From Gracilinanus agilis (taxonomy: Eukaryota), in contig NC_058134.1 in assembly GCF_016433145.1 (NCBI RefSeq), positions 289,023,411 through 289,087,410 on the forward strand: a stretch of 64,000 nt of DNA, read 5' to 3'. This document shows, in pieces, positions 1 to 34,487 of this stretch. A program made the position numbers and the translations under genes. Each line of letters begins with the position of its first letter. Positions within the stretch are counted from its first letter, which is position 1. The notes below the pieces were generated by a model. It ran no database searches and was not told the DNA's origin. It saw only the letters and a program-made list of their open reading frames with translations.

Positions 1-2
1 TT

Positions 3-788
3 TGCTTGGAAACTCTTGAATTTTGCAATGATGTTTCTTGGTGTTTTCCTTTCTTGATCGAATGCCGCAGGTGTTCTATGAATCCTTTCAATGTCTATAT
101 TGCCCTCTTGTTGTAGGACTTCAGGGCAATTTTGCTGAATTATTTCTGTTAGTATAGAGTCCAGGTTTTTATTAATTTCTGGTTTTTCTGGAAGACCAAT
201 TATTCTCAAATTGTCTCTTCTAGACCGGTTTTCTTGGTCTGTCACTCTCTCATTGAGATATTTCATGTTTCCTTCTATTTTTTCAGTCTTTTGGCTTTGT
301 TTTATTTGTTCTTGTTGTCTTGAGAGATCATTAGTTTCTACTTGCTCAATTCTAGCCTTTAGGGATTGATTTTCGGCCATAATCTTCTGGTAATCGGCCA
401 TAATCTTTTGGTTTTCGGCCATAATCTTCTTGTTTTCGGCCATAATCTTCTGGTATTCCTTTTCAATCTGGTCATTTCTTGTGTTCAATTTGCTTATCAG
501 TTCATTTGGTTTCTGAGCCTCGCTTTCCAGTTGCAAGATTCTACCTTTTAAGCTGTTATTTTCTTGCCAGATCTCTTCCATTTTCCTCAAAATCTCAGAT
601 TTGAACTCTTCCATAGGTTGTGAGGAGTTTTCCTTATTTGGGGAGGGTCTGGATGGTTGTTTGTTCTCCTCCTCTGTTTGCTCGGTTGTCTGGATTTTCT
701 CTGTGTAGAAGCTGTCGAGTGTTAAAGACTTCTTTTTTTTGTTATTATTCTTTCTCTTCTGAATTTCCTGTAACTGGTTAGCCATCAT
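3..788 (-). CDS. LINE-1 ORF1p, partial (262 codons, no stop, runs off the window)
   Basis: Hand translation from ATG at 788: MMANQLQEIQKRKNNNKKKKSLTLDSFY...QKIMAE heptads...NRSRRDNLRIIGLPEKPE...IERIHRT...TPRNIIAKFKSFQA. Frame is consistent at both ends. Absent from the ORF track, probably because it has no stop in the window. Confidence 0.88.
   Translation of the reverse strand, partial: MMANQLQEIQKRKNNNKKKKSLTLDSFYTEKIQTTEQTEEENKQPSRPSPNKENSSQPMEEFKSEILRKMEEIWQENNSLKGRILQLESEAQKPNELISKLNTRNDQIEKEYQKIMAENKKIMAENQKIMADYQKIMAENQSLKARIEQVETNDLSRQQEQIKQSQKTEKIEGNMKYLNERVTDQENRSRRDNLRIIGLPEKPEINKNLDSILTEIIQQNCPEVLQQEGNIDIERIHRTPAAFDQERKTPRNIIAKFKSFQA
370..453 (+). repeat. 21-bp tandem repeat x4 within L1 ORF1 coiled coil
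   Basis: Units at 370, 391, 412 and 433, consensus TTTTCGGCCATAATCTTCTGG; encodes (Y/N)QKIMAE-type heptads on the minus strand. Confidence 0.95.
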
Positions 789-1443
789 TAGCCCAGCAGC
801 TTCTCAGGTTTATCCTCGCTCTCAGTGTCTGTCTGAGATCTATTGGCTCCTGAGGACTGAGTTCTAGTTTTTTCCAAGGTCAAGCCCCCTGGTGGATTCC
901 CTTGCTTGAACCTCTGCAGGAGGTTTCTTTACAAGTCTCAGGGAGCTACTTCCACAGTTGTATACCCGTCTGCACTGGTTCCCCACTTAGGCTTTAGTTC
1001 CTGGTTGTGTTTGCCTCCACCCAAGCCTCTGCTCAGCCGGCACCCACGCCTCTGCTCAGCAGGCGCTCCGCTCCCAGCGTCCGCTCCCGCGCGCGCGCGC
1101 TCAGATTTCGCGTGCGTTCTTGACTTAATGGGGTCCTAAGTCTTGCTGCTCTCAGGAACAGGTCCCGGAGCTGCTGATGACTCGATGGGTGCCCCAAACT
1201 TGCTCTATTTCTTTTTAGCTGGGTTCGGAGCTATAGGTGAGTGTGGAGGGGGTGGGGGTGGGGCGGTTGCTCAGCTCGCGCTTGAGTGAGAGCCCTTTTT
1301 AGCTTGGAAATGTCTCGATTCCACGTACCTTCCACGCTGTGCCCTGTTGTGGGGTTCCTCCGTTCGTCTGGACTTGTTTTTATGTCCCCTTGAGGAGTTT
1401 TGTGTGTTTCGGTCAGGAGAGGTTTAGAGCTGCTTCTTACTCT

Positions 1444-1465
1444 GCCGCCATCTTAACCCGGAAGT
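1444..1465 (-). promoter_or_regulatory. L1 internal promoter start: YY1 motif plus ETS motif
   Basis: GCCGCCATCTT (1444-1454; reverse complement AAGATGGCGGC) and CCGGAAGT (1458-1465) at the L1 5' tip. Confidence 0.65.
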
Positions 1466-2451
1466 CTCAATGGTAACTTTTAAAAAAAAATTGACAACTG
1501 TATATCAATATAATTTTGCATTTAAAAACATTACTTTGAGCTTTTTTATGTGTGATGTGTGTATTCTGTCATGGCATGGAAATATGTATTGCAAGAAAGC
1601 ATTGGCCTACTCTATATTAGATTATTTACTGTCTTGTGGGGGAATGGAAGAAAAAAAGGGAGGGAGAGAATTTGAATCATAAAATGTCAGAAAATAATTG
1701 TTTTTACAAGGGGAGGAAGCTGTCTTTGGTTGGAATGGTCCCGATATCATGACGGAGAAATTTGCCTTTTCACATATAGAACCAATTTCTTTGTCTCTTA
1801 GCTGTATGGATGGATTATATCACAGATTATCCCAGAGATTATACCACACTGGCCTCTGGCCTCTGCCATCTCTGCATCTTTCATTTTAATTTTTCCACAA
1901 GGGTTTGAATGAACTTTATTTTCTTTCTGGAAGCTAGGATTTCCAGGGAGTAGAGGACCCTCTGAGAGTTTATAGGCCTGAGAGAAAACTCCAATGCAGT
2001 GCATAGTAGTTTCAATTCAGTGCTCCCACTCAACTAGATCATAGTTCGTGGGTGCTATCTCTCACTACCTACCACTTTCCCCCACCCACTCAACCCTCTA
2101 GGAAAGCAACCTAACTCCATTCTTATCTCCTTCTGCCTTCTCCTTCCCAAGCTTCATGGTGGCCTGGAACACCTCTCCAATATATTTGGAACCCTTAGAA
2201 TCCTTGGAGTGGGAGGAAAAGGGAAGAGAATATGACTCTTCCGACGTTGTGCCCCTGAAATATGTAAAATATTCCTTTGACTTAACATACTTCAAATACA
2301 ATCGTTCTGTGGAGCTAACTACTCCTAGATACACCTCTAAAATTGGGTAGATGCGAATAAGATAGAGACTAAAGAATGAACCTTGGCTCCCAAGAAGATT
2401 ATAATTGTTAGAATTGGGAGCCTCTCTTGCTGCATAATCAACAATCCAGAT

Positions 2452-3066
2452 CAGTGATTTTTAACCTGTGTCATGAACTTAGATGAGAAATATTTTTTTG
2501 AAAATTTGAGTTTCATAAAAGGAAGAAAAGAAACAGGTATTTATTAAAGACCTTCTATGTGCAAGATACTGAGCTATTTTTTTTAACAAATATTATCTCA
2601 TTTGATCCTCACAACAACTCTGGGAAGTAGGTGCTATATATAATTGATTTTCTTCATAATCATATGTATTGATATATTACTTTGAGGTTTGCAAAGTACT
2701 TTACATCTAAGTTGCTCAGAAGGTAGAGTACTGGACTCAGAGTCAAGAAAGCCTGAGTCCAAATCCAACCTCAGACATTTACTAGCTGTGTGACTCTGGA
2801 CAAGTCACTTAACCTATCTACCTCAGTTTCTTCATTTATAAAAGGAGGATAATAATAGCAGCTACCTTACAGTGTTGAGGTGAGTATCCAATGAAAGAAT
2901 ATCTGTAGAACGCTTTGCAAACCTTGAAGTGCTCTATAATACTAGCCTTTTGTGATTATTATTGTTATCTCATTTTATTAAAAATACAGTATTGTTTGAA
3001 GGGGTCAGTAGGCTTCATCTGACTAAGAAAGGGGTCCATGACCCAAAAAAAGGTTAACAACCCTTG
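2452..3066 (+). mobile_element. Old MER5-like hAT non-autonomous element split by nested MIR-type SINEs
   Basis: 5' end CAGTGATTTTTAACCT at 2452 and 3' end GGGGTCCATGAC...AGGTTAACAACCCTTG at 3066; degenerate 8-bp flanks ATCCAGAT/ACCTAGAT (6/8); MIR core inside. Confidence 0.5.
2713..2946 (+). mobile_element. MIR/CORE-SINE
   Basis: Core CTAGCTGTGTGACTCTGGACAAGTCACTTAACC...CCTCAGTTTCTTCATTTATAAAA and MIR tail. Confidence 0.75.
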
Positions 3067-4570
3067 ACCTAGATTGAACTCCTCCCTTTCCCATTTTGGA
3101 ACCCTATCCAGGGTGCTGACTTTCTAGAAGAAGCTGGAAACAGTCTTGTCCTTTTAAGGTTAGCACAAAGCTCCAGGACACACGTAGAGAGAAACAAAAG
3201 TTAATACAAATATTCTAGCAGAAAGTCAATTTGTGTGTGTAAAGAAAAAGCAAAAATCAGTAGAATGGAACTTATCTAGATGTGAATAAATTAAAATTTT
3301 AAGAAAGATGTTAAAAGAGGCAAGGGACTTAATTTTGCAGATGGGTAAAGGGTAGAACAGGATAGAACAGCATTTTGCAGAAAGACTTGGGAATGAGTGG
3401 GAAATGGACCTACGTTGAAAAGAAGGAGGTGACATGGTTTGGCAGAGAGACCAGAAACCTAGGGAAAAAATTCAAATATTAAAGGGAAGGATCAAAGGTA
3501 AAAAGAATTGAGGATAGGGAAAAAGCATGTCTATTTCCATTGATGAGTGAAATAATATTGAATTGGGCAAATGACGCTCTTAGTGGAAAATCTTTCCAAT
3601 TTCTAGAGGAGGCAGTGAGATCACCCACCTTGAAGGTGACATTTGAAGAAAACCCAGGATTACAATGCTTGGGAACAGGGTTCCTAGGACAAGGTCCAGG
3701 AAAGAAGTAGCATGACCCAGAAAGTCCCAATCCCAGCCAGATTCCCACAGGGAAAGAGTCAGCTGGGAGAGTACTGTAACTGTCTCCCATCTGATAGGCA
3801 TGCCAGATAAAATGAGATAATTAAGCCAAGCTGCTCTCCTTTTAACCCTCTGCCCGTCTTTGTTCTATGGAAAGCTCTTCACATAGCTAATAAGCACCTC
3901 TCAGGAAACAAATGTTCCTTCTTCTGAGAGAAAGATTATTCCTGATAATTAGGCCTATAGAAAACAAAGACAATTATTATTTCCACTCAGGCAACATACA
4001 CCACCCCTTTATGGCTGCTTGGTGAGACTTAGTTGCATTAACAACAAGATGAGAGATTCTCTGTGGTTCTTTATGACCTGTATCAACAGATGCTATGATT
4101 CATAGGCTCCCTATGGTAGGAGAGGGTTTCACAAAACAGCAATGGAGGAGATAACCCCCCTTGGTCTCATCCCTGAGGAGAAAACCATCCATAAGGATAT
4201 CTCATTGCTGTACTGATTGATGGAGAATCTTATGAGACCATCCTTTGCCAAAACCCTTCTTCTAGTCCATACTTCCTAGGAAGAGGGGAATGAGAAGTTA
4301 GCAATAGAGAAGACCTATCATCTTATTTATTATGTGTGCCTCCTTTTGCCCTGTGGTGGGATCCAGGGATAGGGAACTGTAATGCAAAAGCCTCTTACCT
4401 TCAGGGAATATCTACACTAATTAGAAATGAAAAAGATGAGCCTTAAGCTTGAGGACACAGATTTTTGGAAGAGAGGCAAAGTTAGGATGAGGGACAACTT
4501 GTCACCTCTTTTTAGACCTGGCTTTAAATTTCAGCTCTGCCATTTATTCTGTGGCCTTTCCTCATTTGGT

Positions 4571-5140
4571 ATTTTTTTAAATTTTATTTTGTTTTTGTTT
4601 TCAAATTTTATTTTTGTTTTCAGATTTCATGTCAATACAACTTTATTAATTGTTTTCTCACATTTTGCAATCCATGTTCTCTGTGACCCTCCCATCCCTT
4701 TCTCCTCAAATTCAGGTAATTTGATGTAGGTTGTACACATGTTATCATGCAATACATATTTCCAGGGTTGTTGTGTTGTGAAACAAGAGACATATTGCTT
4801 ATGCTAGAGAAAAAATCATGGAGGAAAATAAATGAAGAATATTATGACTCAATTTGCACGCAGATTCCATCAGTTCCTTCTATTGCAATTGTTGCCTTTT
4901 TGTCCTGAGTCCCTCGGCATTGCCCTGGATCCTTTGCCTTTTTGATAATGATTAAGTCATTTGTTGTTGATCACATCTGTTGTTACTATATACAATATTC
5001 TCCTGGTTCTGCTCTCTTCACTTTGTATCACTTCAAATGATTCTTTCCAGTTGCTTTTTTTGTGGTCATTTTGTTTATCATTTCTTATGACACAATAGTA
5101 TTTCATTGCAGTCATATAACACTTGTTCAGCCATTTCCCA
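4571..5140 (-). mobile_element. Old L1 3'UTR fragment
   Basis: T-rich start (reverse of polyA) followed by marsupial L1 3'UTR-like motifs (GTTCTGCTCTCTTCACTTTG...TTGTTCAGCCATTTCCCA). Confidence 0.65.
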
Positions 5141-7045
5141 CCTCATCTGTTAAAGAAGTGGGTTAGACTAGGTGACTTCTAAGATCTCTCCTTGCTAAAT
5201 CTGGGGACCTTAGGAAGTGAAATGGTGCAAGGATCCCTCTAGAATGGTAAAGAAAAAAGAGTGGAGCTAAGCAGAGAAAGTTTCCTGAAGGAGTTGTTTT
5301 AACTGACATCCAAGAAAATGGGTTCAATACTGCGTGGCATTTATTTTATGTGTAATCTTGGACAGGTCACTTCCCTTCCCTTCCCTTGGCCTCGGTTTTT
5401 TTTTGCACTAGTCGTCCCCCAAACTTGGCAGAAAATATAAGTTAACATTACACAATGCTGTACATATATTTTATGCATTTTGGAGTTTCTAAACTTTTTC
5501 TTGTTTCTTGTTATCTTCTGGCCATATGGCTTTTGCAAAAATCCACAAAAATTCCCACTTAATTTCTTATGTTGACTTGCAATATATAGAAACCATGATG
5601 GGAAAAGTCATGATGTGGAAGAGATACCTGTACTTGTTTCCTCCCTCATTAAAATGTAAGCTCATTGCAAGTCAGGCTTATTTGATTTTTTTTTTGTCTT
5701 TGTATCATTGCAGCCTAGCACAGTTTCTGGTACATAGAAGACACTTACTAATAAACTCTTATTAATGATTAATTGAAGATCAGGTCGGATTAGATGGCCT
5801 TTGAAATCCTTTACAGTTCTTAATAGTAGTATGACTTATAGGGAAGATTAGAAATTTACATGGTACAATATGCTGCCTTGTTCTCTGATTTTCCTATGGA
5901 CATCTAGCTTGCTTCCTTAGACAGTTTCTTAAAAATAGAGACCGTGTCTAATCCTTCTCTTGTACTCTTCAGAGCCCTAGCTAATGTACTAGATTGAGAA
6001 GTAGCATTCAATAAATACTTGACTGGTGGCTGGTTTAGCAAGAGAAAACATGGTGCTTATTCTGAAAGCCCATTCGTTGTAAGCTACAATAATGAGGATC
6101 ATCATAGCTCACATGTACAAACACATATAAAGATGTGTGCAGCCTTATGATTTACAAAAGACTACATCCATGATCACATTTTATCTTCAAACAATGAGAC
6201 AGGCGGTATACATATTCTTATCTTACATACATATCTTAAGGGAAACTGAGATCCAGAAGAAGGAAGTGAGTGACCCAACGTCACATAAGTGATGGATGGA
6301 AGAATCAGTGTGCAAATCCAGGTCTTCTCGTTCCCAATTCAGCATCTGGCAGATGAGAAGTGTGTATGTGTGTGCAAGTGCACATGTGTGAGAATGCACA
6401 TACCCTCCCAAAACTATTTAAAAGAGGAACCAGTATAAGTATGATGAACAAAGTAAGCTAAAAAAATATTGAGAGGGTGCAATGTTAAAGCATGGGAAGA
6501 CATCTAAAATTTCCTAGAGAAGGTGAATGTAGATCAATGTTTTCAAGGAAAGAAATAAATGTTTGTTGAATTAGACTGAATGGAAGGAAAGAGAAGAGCT
6601 TAGGGATGGAAAAGTGGGTGACCTCCCCTTCTCCAGGTCAGAGGAGGTGGGAGTAAAAGTTAGAAGAATCCTCAGAGATGGGGAACAGTTTAAAGAAAAG
6701 GAAATAACCAGTAATAGTGACTTGTACTGGCAGAGTACGTTTGGACAGAAAGGAGTCAGTCTCAGACCTAAGAAAGCAGCTCAGAAATGAGGCATCTTAG
6801 TTGAGTTAACAGTTGTATTTGTTGTCATCATTATAGAGTGCATTACTAGGACATAACTGAAAGCAATTAGCATGCCTCTTATTTGTCTGCAAAACAAGTT
6901 GAGACTAGAAGCCGGTTTCCACACGAGGGCAGGATGCCAAAGTACCAATGATTTTTGCACCATTTCTAACCAGGAGTTGGCTGTGAGCTCAGTGCTGGCA
7001 AATGCCAAGAGGATGCCATCAGCAAGCCCTCCTTCATTAGCAATA

Positions 7046-7074
7046 CCCCGCCTTCTTCTACTCACCCATAAAAA
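7046..7074 (+). promoter_or_regulatory. KRT75 core promoter: GC box and CATAAAAA TATA variant
   Basis: CCCCGCC at 7046-7052 and CATAAAAA at 7067-7074, about 100 nt upstream of the ATG at 7167. Confidence 0.6.
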
Positions 7075-7166
7075 CTGAGGGGACCTCCAACTTCTCAGCC
7101 ATAGTGTCTCCTCTCTTTCTGCTTTTTCATTCAGCATTTCTTTTGGCCATCCTATTTCATCCCATC

Positions 7167-18296
<11,130 letters not shown>

Positions 18297-18943
18297 ACGC
18301 CCTCCACCAATATCACTCCCAATTTCACTTCATCCTGGATCTTGGCCTAGCCTTCTTACTGTTGCCCACACTCAGGGGTCATTTCTCCACTCCCAGATGC
18401 CTGTGTCTTTTAGTATTATTTTCTCTTCCTTGCCAGCCAGTCAAACTATCCATCTACCCAATCTATATACATTTGATACTGCTGAGGAGCTGGGAGTAAC
18501 AATGTCACCAAAGTCTCCAAGTCCTAGCCAAGCCCTCAGTTCTCAAATAAGTCTTATTCTACTCCTAGACACTTAGCTCTGCCACCCAAGATACCAAGAT
18601 ACCAAGCCTCTCTCTTTCAAGACAATTCAGTTCAACAAGCCTTTAGTAAGTGCTTGAAGAGTGCTAGTTCCTGAGATGTCCAGTAATGCTCAGATTGTCT
18701 TGTTGAGTCCCAATTCAGTTTCAGAAGCCTCCATGCATGCAGGTAGGGAGGATTTGAGTTCCAGATCCCATTTCTCCAAGATCATTTCCATTAGTGCTTT
18801 CAGATGAGTTCCTCTCCTAGGAACTATCTGTCCTGCTGATGCAGCCAATGCCACTTTGTCATCTACCCCATCCTGTGGTATGGTATATATAAGCTGCTCT
18901 CTGAGGGTACTCCCTCCTTCCTTTGCCTTCTAGGAAATTGTCT

Positions 18944-18949
18944 ATTAAA
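18944..18949 (+). terminator. Probable KRT75 polyadenylation signal (ATTAAA)
   Basis: First ATTAAA/AATAAA after the stop (about 650 nt), followed by a GT-rich stretch. Confidence 0.6.
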
Positions 18950-19807
18950 AAGCATGTGTAATTTATGTGGGCTCATGGATTCTGTTTGGGATGGTGAAAG
19001 GCACCAAGGGAAACTGATGGATGGGTCAGCTGCTCTTTCTAAGGCCCAAAGGCTGGCTAGATAATTTCATATCCTACTTTCACTGTCAAGACAGGAAGGA
19101 TTCAGAGGGAAGGAGGAGAGAGATGCGGATGGGTAGAAAAATGAAAGGTTATATCAGAGAAAGGGAATAATTGATGTAAAGAACTGTCTTTACCAGTCTT
19201 TTCTTTTATTCATATATTTCTGATCCCACCCCTTTTATCTTCTGATTTCCCATCTCTCACTCCAGATGGCATTGCCCTAAACAGAGACCCAGATCCCATC
19301 TCATGGAGCCTCCCAGGTTGAGGGCAGGATTACCTTTTCTTCCCAAATAGAAAATATGTTCCACAACAGCTGATGCGGGGCGACCCAGCCCTCTACACCA
19401 GAGAAGCAAATAAAGGGACAGATTGTTCCAAGACAGTTTCCAACATGCCAACAGGAGTGGAAAAATAATATGCTAGGGAGAAGAGTTAAAAGCCAACCCC
19501 AGGGGCAAAGTTTTCACAAAAGAAAGAGTTTAGGTCCTTAATTGTTAGACATATCCGGGAATCCAGCAAATTCCTGAGTTTACAAGTTTCCCAGATCCTT
19601 TCATTAGGGCTTGGCCAGGGGTGTGGCTAAAATGGAGCAACATCCAGGATAGTGGTAGTAGTGATGAGGAGGGGGATGTATTCAGAATGGTCTCAAATAG
19701 GGAGCATTATGAGGGTCATTTAGTCTTGGGAAGCTGAATGGGTGAGAGATTTTCCTAGGACTAGGGGACAGGAAAATAATCAGTATGAAGAGATTATTAA
19801 ATTACCA

Positions 19808-19810
<3 letters not shown>

Positions 19811-19864
<54 letters not shown>
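19811..19864 (+). repeat. (TG)27 microsatellite
   Basis: Direct read; about 850 nt upstream of the KRT90 ATG. Confidence 0.97.
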
Positions 19865-19866
<2 letters not shown>

Positions 19867-20619
19867 GGGTGAGGGAGGGTTGGTAGGGGGACATACAAGA
19901 CACACAGTACTAAGGAAAATTTTCAAATATTCTTTCAGTCCCCATGGGTAGAGAACTAAGAGCCTGGAATAAAGGGCTAATGACTCAGGGGCAGAAGAAT
20001 AATGGGGAAGAATAGCAGCAAAACTATCAAAATTTAGTGTTTTAAAATGACAATGGCCTAACTTGGTTCCAAAAGAGAGACATGAGAAGACACTTCATCC
20101 CTACTTTCTTTGAAGAGGTGGGAAATCATGAATGTAGAACATGGTGTATGCCAGATTCTGTGCTAGTCAGAATGACTGAACTGTTTTTCTTTCTGTTTTT
20201 AAATTCTTGTTATAAGGGATGGCATAATGGGAGGGACAAAGAAAAGATATTTTTGAAAATGTATATTGAAAAATATATCAATAAAACATTAAAAAAGAAC
20301 ACCCCAAATGGGGAGGATCTGGTTGTATCATTAGTTAGGCTTGGAAGAACTAGGAACAGAGAAGACATTTACTGAACATGGAATGAGTGAATGTTAAGTG
20401 TCAGAGTTTGGGGGGAATACTTGGGGTACTTAGGAATCTGGTCTTGCCACAGGCTCAGAAAACCCCAGGTCTGGTCCTGCCTCTGGTAGGTGTGTTCATG
20501 ATTCTCTCAGTGATTATTAGTGGGACATGAACAATGGACCATAGCCAGACATGCCAAGGAGATGAATTCAAAGCAGTGGTCTGTGATTTTCTCTGACCAA
20601 GCCCAGTTTCCAAAGAGAA

Positions 20620-20625
20620 TATAAG
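20620..20625 (+). promoter_or_regulatory. Probable TATA box of KRT90
   Basis: TATAAG about 95 nt upstream of ATG 20716. Confidence 0.6.
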
Positions 20626-20715
20626 CCTAGGGTTCTAGAGGACAAGATCGAGAAGTATCTCTGTTCTTTTCTTTGACAGTCCTACTTCTTTAATCTCTCT
20701 GCATCCACTTTTCCG

Positions 20716-33662
<12,947 letters not shown>

Positions 33663-34481
33663 AACTTCTCTCCTTGACTGCCAACCTTCCCTAACCGAGC
33701 TTCCCAACCCCAAGTCCTGATATTCTGCTAATGACCCAGAAAGAAGTTTCATTTATACTGTCAGACACAGAAACAAAGGGTTCCTAGGCCTTCTAAGGCC
33801 ATCTTGTCCATCTTTTTGCATCCAGGCAAGCCTTCTCTAAGACCACTCCTCAGATGAAGAAGGATACTTGTTTTCAAAGTTCTTCAGGGTCCATAAGTGC
33901 CTCCCTTAGGGTCGACTAACCCTCAGAGTTAAGAAGTTCTACCTTATCTCTAACCTAAAGCTGTATATTGCATTTCTTCTTATTTCTTGGGGTGTGTATG
34001 TGTTAGAAATTGACTCTAGTTTTCTCCCTTCCTGGGTCTCAGCAGGAATTGATATCTTCTGGATCAAGACTTTTATACTACCAACTCATTGTTAAAGCAA
34101 ACAAAATACCAGCCAGTTCTTGAAGAACAGGAACATAAAACAAAAGGAAAAACAGGGTGGGTTCCTTATGCCCAAATTCATCATCAAAACTTGCCTCTTT
34201 TGCACCAAATATGTTACTGTCAGTGTCCCATATTATAACAACCATAAGAAACATCAGTTCCCCAGGTTCTTCTCTTCCCTCAGTTTTCCATTTCCACAAG
34301 TAGGATTTTGGAATATGGTCAGTTTTTTATTATCCATACTAACAAGCAGATCATACAACAATTCTGCCTGAAAGTCTGGAAGGCAGTAAATAATATTTAA
34401 TAGCAGATTCTATATGCTACTTTTGTTTGTCCTTGAACTAATATTATAAATGATTTACTTTATGAAATATCAATTGATAGT

Positions 34482-34487
34482 AATAAA
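34482..34487 (+). terminator. Probable KRT90 polyadenylation signal (AATAAA)
   Basis: First AATAAA after the stop, about 820 nt downstream. Confidence 0.65.

Larger units (their letters stand above)
1..1468 (-). mobile_element. LINE-1 5' portion (5'UTR 789-1468 plus N-terminal ORF1); element continues left of the window
   Basis: Minus strand starts GAGACTTCCGGGTTAAGATGGCGGC (typical L1 5' end with YY1 motif), has a CpG-rich UTR, then an ORF with the L1 ORF1p motif NRSRRDNLRIIGLPE. Confidence 0.92.

Noticed and set aside
366-551. + strand ORF with FGHNLLV repeats
   Set aside because: Antisense shadow of the 21-bp repeat in L1 ORF1.
906-1139. 77-aa + strand ORF in the L1 5'UTR as an ORF0 candidate
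   Set aside because: TTG start, no internal Met until the last codons, GC-rich sequence favours chance open frames.
1802-1908. Possible terminal exon of an upstream keratin (AG|CTGT start like the three exon 9s)
   Set aside because: Translation VWMDYITDYPRDY... has no Gly/Ser or Cys keratin-tail character; kept only as a candidate acceptor in the L1 mini-ORF finding.
7104-7166. 21-aa N-terminal extension of KRT75 in the ORF track
   Set aside because: Starts at GTG just after the predicted TSS; homology begins at ATG 7167.
18885-18895. TATATATAAGC TATA-like motif in the KRT75 3'UTR
   Set aside because: No downstream exon or ORF; sits 50 nt before the probable polyA signal.
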